Of a stretch of DNA of 64,000 bases, positions 61,990-64,000 are shown piece after piece (the first letter of the stretch is position 1; each line of letters starts with the position of its first letter). The translations under genes and the position numbers were made by a program. The notes below the pieces were generated by a model. It ran no database searches. It saw only the letters and a list, made by a program, of their open reading frames with translations, and was not told the DNA's origin. Source of the DNA: Octopus sinensis (lineage: Eukaryota). Where the stretch lies: the NCBI RefSeq assembly GCF_006345805.1, contig NC_043025.1, positions 15,500,001 through 15,564,000 on the forward strand, in the 5' to 3' direction.

Positions 61990-62073
61990 ATCCAAACAAG
62001 AAAACACAACAACGCAAGGACATGGAACAAATATAGTATTATTGGACACTCAGGAAGGAAGGGAAAAAGGAGG

Positions 62074-62108
62074 GTTTAGTGTTTCGAGTGGAGCTCTTCG
62101 TCGGAAAC
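62074..62108 (-). ncRNA. Hammerhead-like motif, same family as 26049-26083, cleavage site mutated
   Basis: GUUU-CCGACGA-A-GAGC(UCC)ACUC-GAAAC-ACU-AAAC, in repeat 61985-62162. Confidence 0.45.
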
Positions 62109-62621
62109 AAAGGAGAAGGAAAGATCCCGAGAAGGGACGACAGAGGAAAAAAAAATCGACAACAGTACACACGAGGTCACATTTTACATACACACACACA
62201 CACACGCATACAGTTTTGAACATGCTGTGATTACCTTACATTCTTTTGTTGATTAAATGTACAGGTAGGCCTTAACATCTAAGCCAGCAAAACCTAACGA
62301 CCCTCTCCATCCCTCACACACACACAAAGACACAAAGGGTGTCTCGTTAACCTTTTCAGACCCATATTTCCCTCTGACGAATCTACTTTCTGCGTATTTC
62401 AATTAATTTTCAAAGTAATTTAGATTTTGGAGGAATGAGTCTGTGCAAGCCTGGTCGTGTACTCAGGTTTGTTTTCTAACCATGTGGTTCTAAGTTCAGT
62501 CCTAGAGCACAGTAGCCTGGACAAGGGTCTTCTACAAGAGGCCCACACTGACTGAAACCTTGAGAGTGTATGTGATGAACAGAAATTCAAAGAAGCCACA
62601 CCTGCATATGTGCCCACCACA

Positions 62622-62889
62622 CAAGAGGAGTGGCGAAAAGTTCATGGCTTTGAGTAAAAGAAAATACAGGAGGATCAGTTACTCTTTTACTTGTTTCAGT
62701 CATTTGACTGTGGCCGTGCTGGAGCACCACCTTTTGTGGAGCAAATCGACCCCAGTACTTATTCTTTGTAAGCCAAGTACTTATTCTATCAGTCTCTTTT
62801 GCCGAACTGCTAAGTTACAGGGACGTAAACACACCAGCATTGGTTGTCAAGTGATGTTGGGGGGGACAAACACAGACACACAAACATAT

Positions 62890-62930
<41 letters not shown>

Positions 62931-63250
62931 TACGACAGGCTTCTTTCAGTTTCCGTCTACCAAATCCACTCACAAGGCTTCGGTTAGCCTGAGGCTATAG
63001 CAGAAGACACTTGCCCAAGGTTCCATGCAGTGGGACTGAAACCGGAACCATGAGGTTTGTAAGCAAGCTACTTACCACACAGCTACTCTGACACCAATTC
63101 AGACAGCCACTCCTATGCCTCTCAGATTCACACTTATTGCAGCGGTCTTTCAGGTTTCCTAAACCCTGTAAAAGAACTTGGAAGGTTTGGCCTCCAGCCA
63201 GGCCTTTCCTGATACCCTTAAAGCCAGGAACTTTTGAGCGCCCCCTCATA
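62622..63250. mobile_element. Mariner-like MITE split by a minus-strand family-1 SINE (62680-63120)
   Basis: The two halves match the 15132-15333 MITE. Confidence 0.7.
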
Positions 63251-64000
63251 TGTAACTTGAAACAACAAGTGGGGGCTGTTGATGAGAAGGACGTACAACT
63301 TGTAGAATGGCTGGAATTTGAACACGCAACACAATGAACCAAAACAAATACCACAGATATCAAATCCAATTTTCCTACAGTTTTGCAGGGCACATTGGGC
63401 AAGTGCTATCCATAGCTCTGGGCCAACAAAACTCTTGACAGTGGATTTGGTGGACAGAAACTGAAAGAAGCCCATAGTGTGTGTGTGTGTGTGTGTGTTT
63501 ATGTCTTTGTGCATGTATATGTTCCCCACCACTGCTTGACAGTCAGTGTTGGTCTGTTTACATCCATGTAACTTAGCAGTTCAGCAAAAGTGACCAATAG
63601 AATAAATATCATGCGCAAAAAAAAAAGACAAGGGCTGATTTGTTCGACTTAAACCCTTCAAGGCAGGGCCCCAGCATGGCCACAGTCCAATGAGTGAAAC
63701 CATTATTAAATGGAGGTGTTGACGTGACAGAAGGCAGTGCTCCAGCATGATCTCAAATGAAAGCAGTAAAATAAATGGATGTTTACAAGAATTTGTGGAA
63801 TGTTGGAAATAGACAGAATTTCTTTGAGTTCTGCTCTAGATTCTTGCAGGAATTATAAACCAAAAAGATAAAGTAAAGCACACTTGGTTGACTTGTATCT
63901 TCTCTCTCCTGGGACTTGAACTTGGAATACTGGGATAGAATGTTGCTAAAAATATTGACTTGTGTTGAATTAATTAACATACATATTCTTTGGTAGATCT

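Overview
AT-rich eukaryotic genomic DNA. The SINE repertoire looks like an Octopus (cephalopod) genome; this is an inference from recalled repeat families. I could not support any host protein-coding exon, tRNA/rRNA gene or CRISPR array, so the window is intergenic or deep intronic. It is packed with repeats: more than 30 copies or fragments of a tRNA-derived CORE-like SINE with a central (TA/TG)n tract, three further SINE families, and an RTE-tailed element. There are also 5'-truncated CR1, RTE and Tx1/L1 LINE remnants, hAT, Tc1/mariner, piggyBac-like and Merlin-like MITEs, micro- and minisatellites, and polypurine tracts. The only recognisable protein segments are retroelement ORF2 ends and a hAT transposase C-terminus. 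The main discovery is at the RNA-structure level: 11 complete and 1 half minimal type-I hammerhead ribozyme motifs, from about eight unrelated short repeat families. All have the Penelope-like architecture, with a palindromic or loop-less stem III that would need dimerisation. They occur as outward-facing inverted pairs, in a long fold-back, and as a 403-bp tandem pair. Also notable are a composite hAT-MITE pair carrying a captured 4-unit array, nested MITEs, a perfect 60-bp palindrome, two candidate RFX X-box regulatory modules, and an unidentified ~330-bp repeat at both ends of the window. All structure calls were made by eye and none is experimentally or computationally validated.
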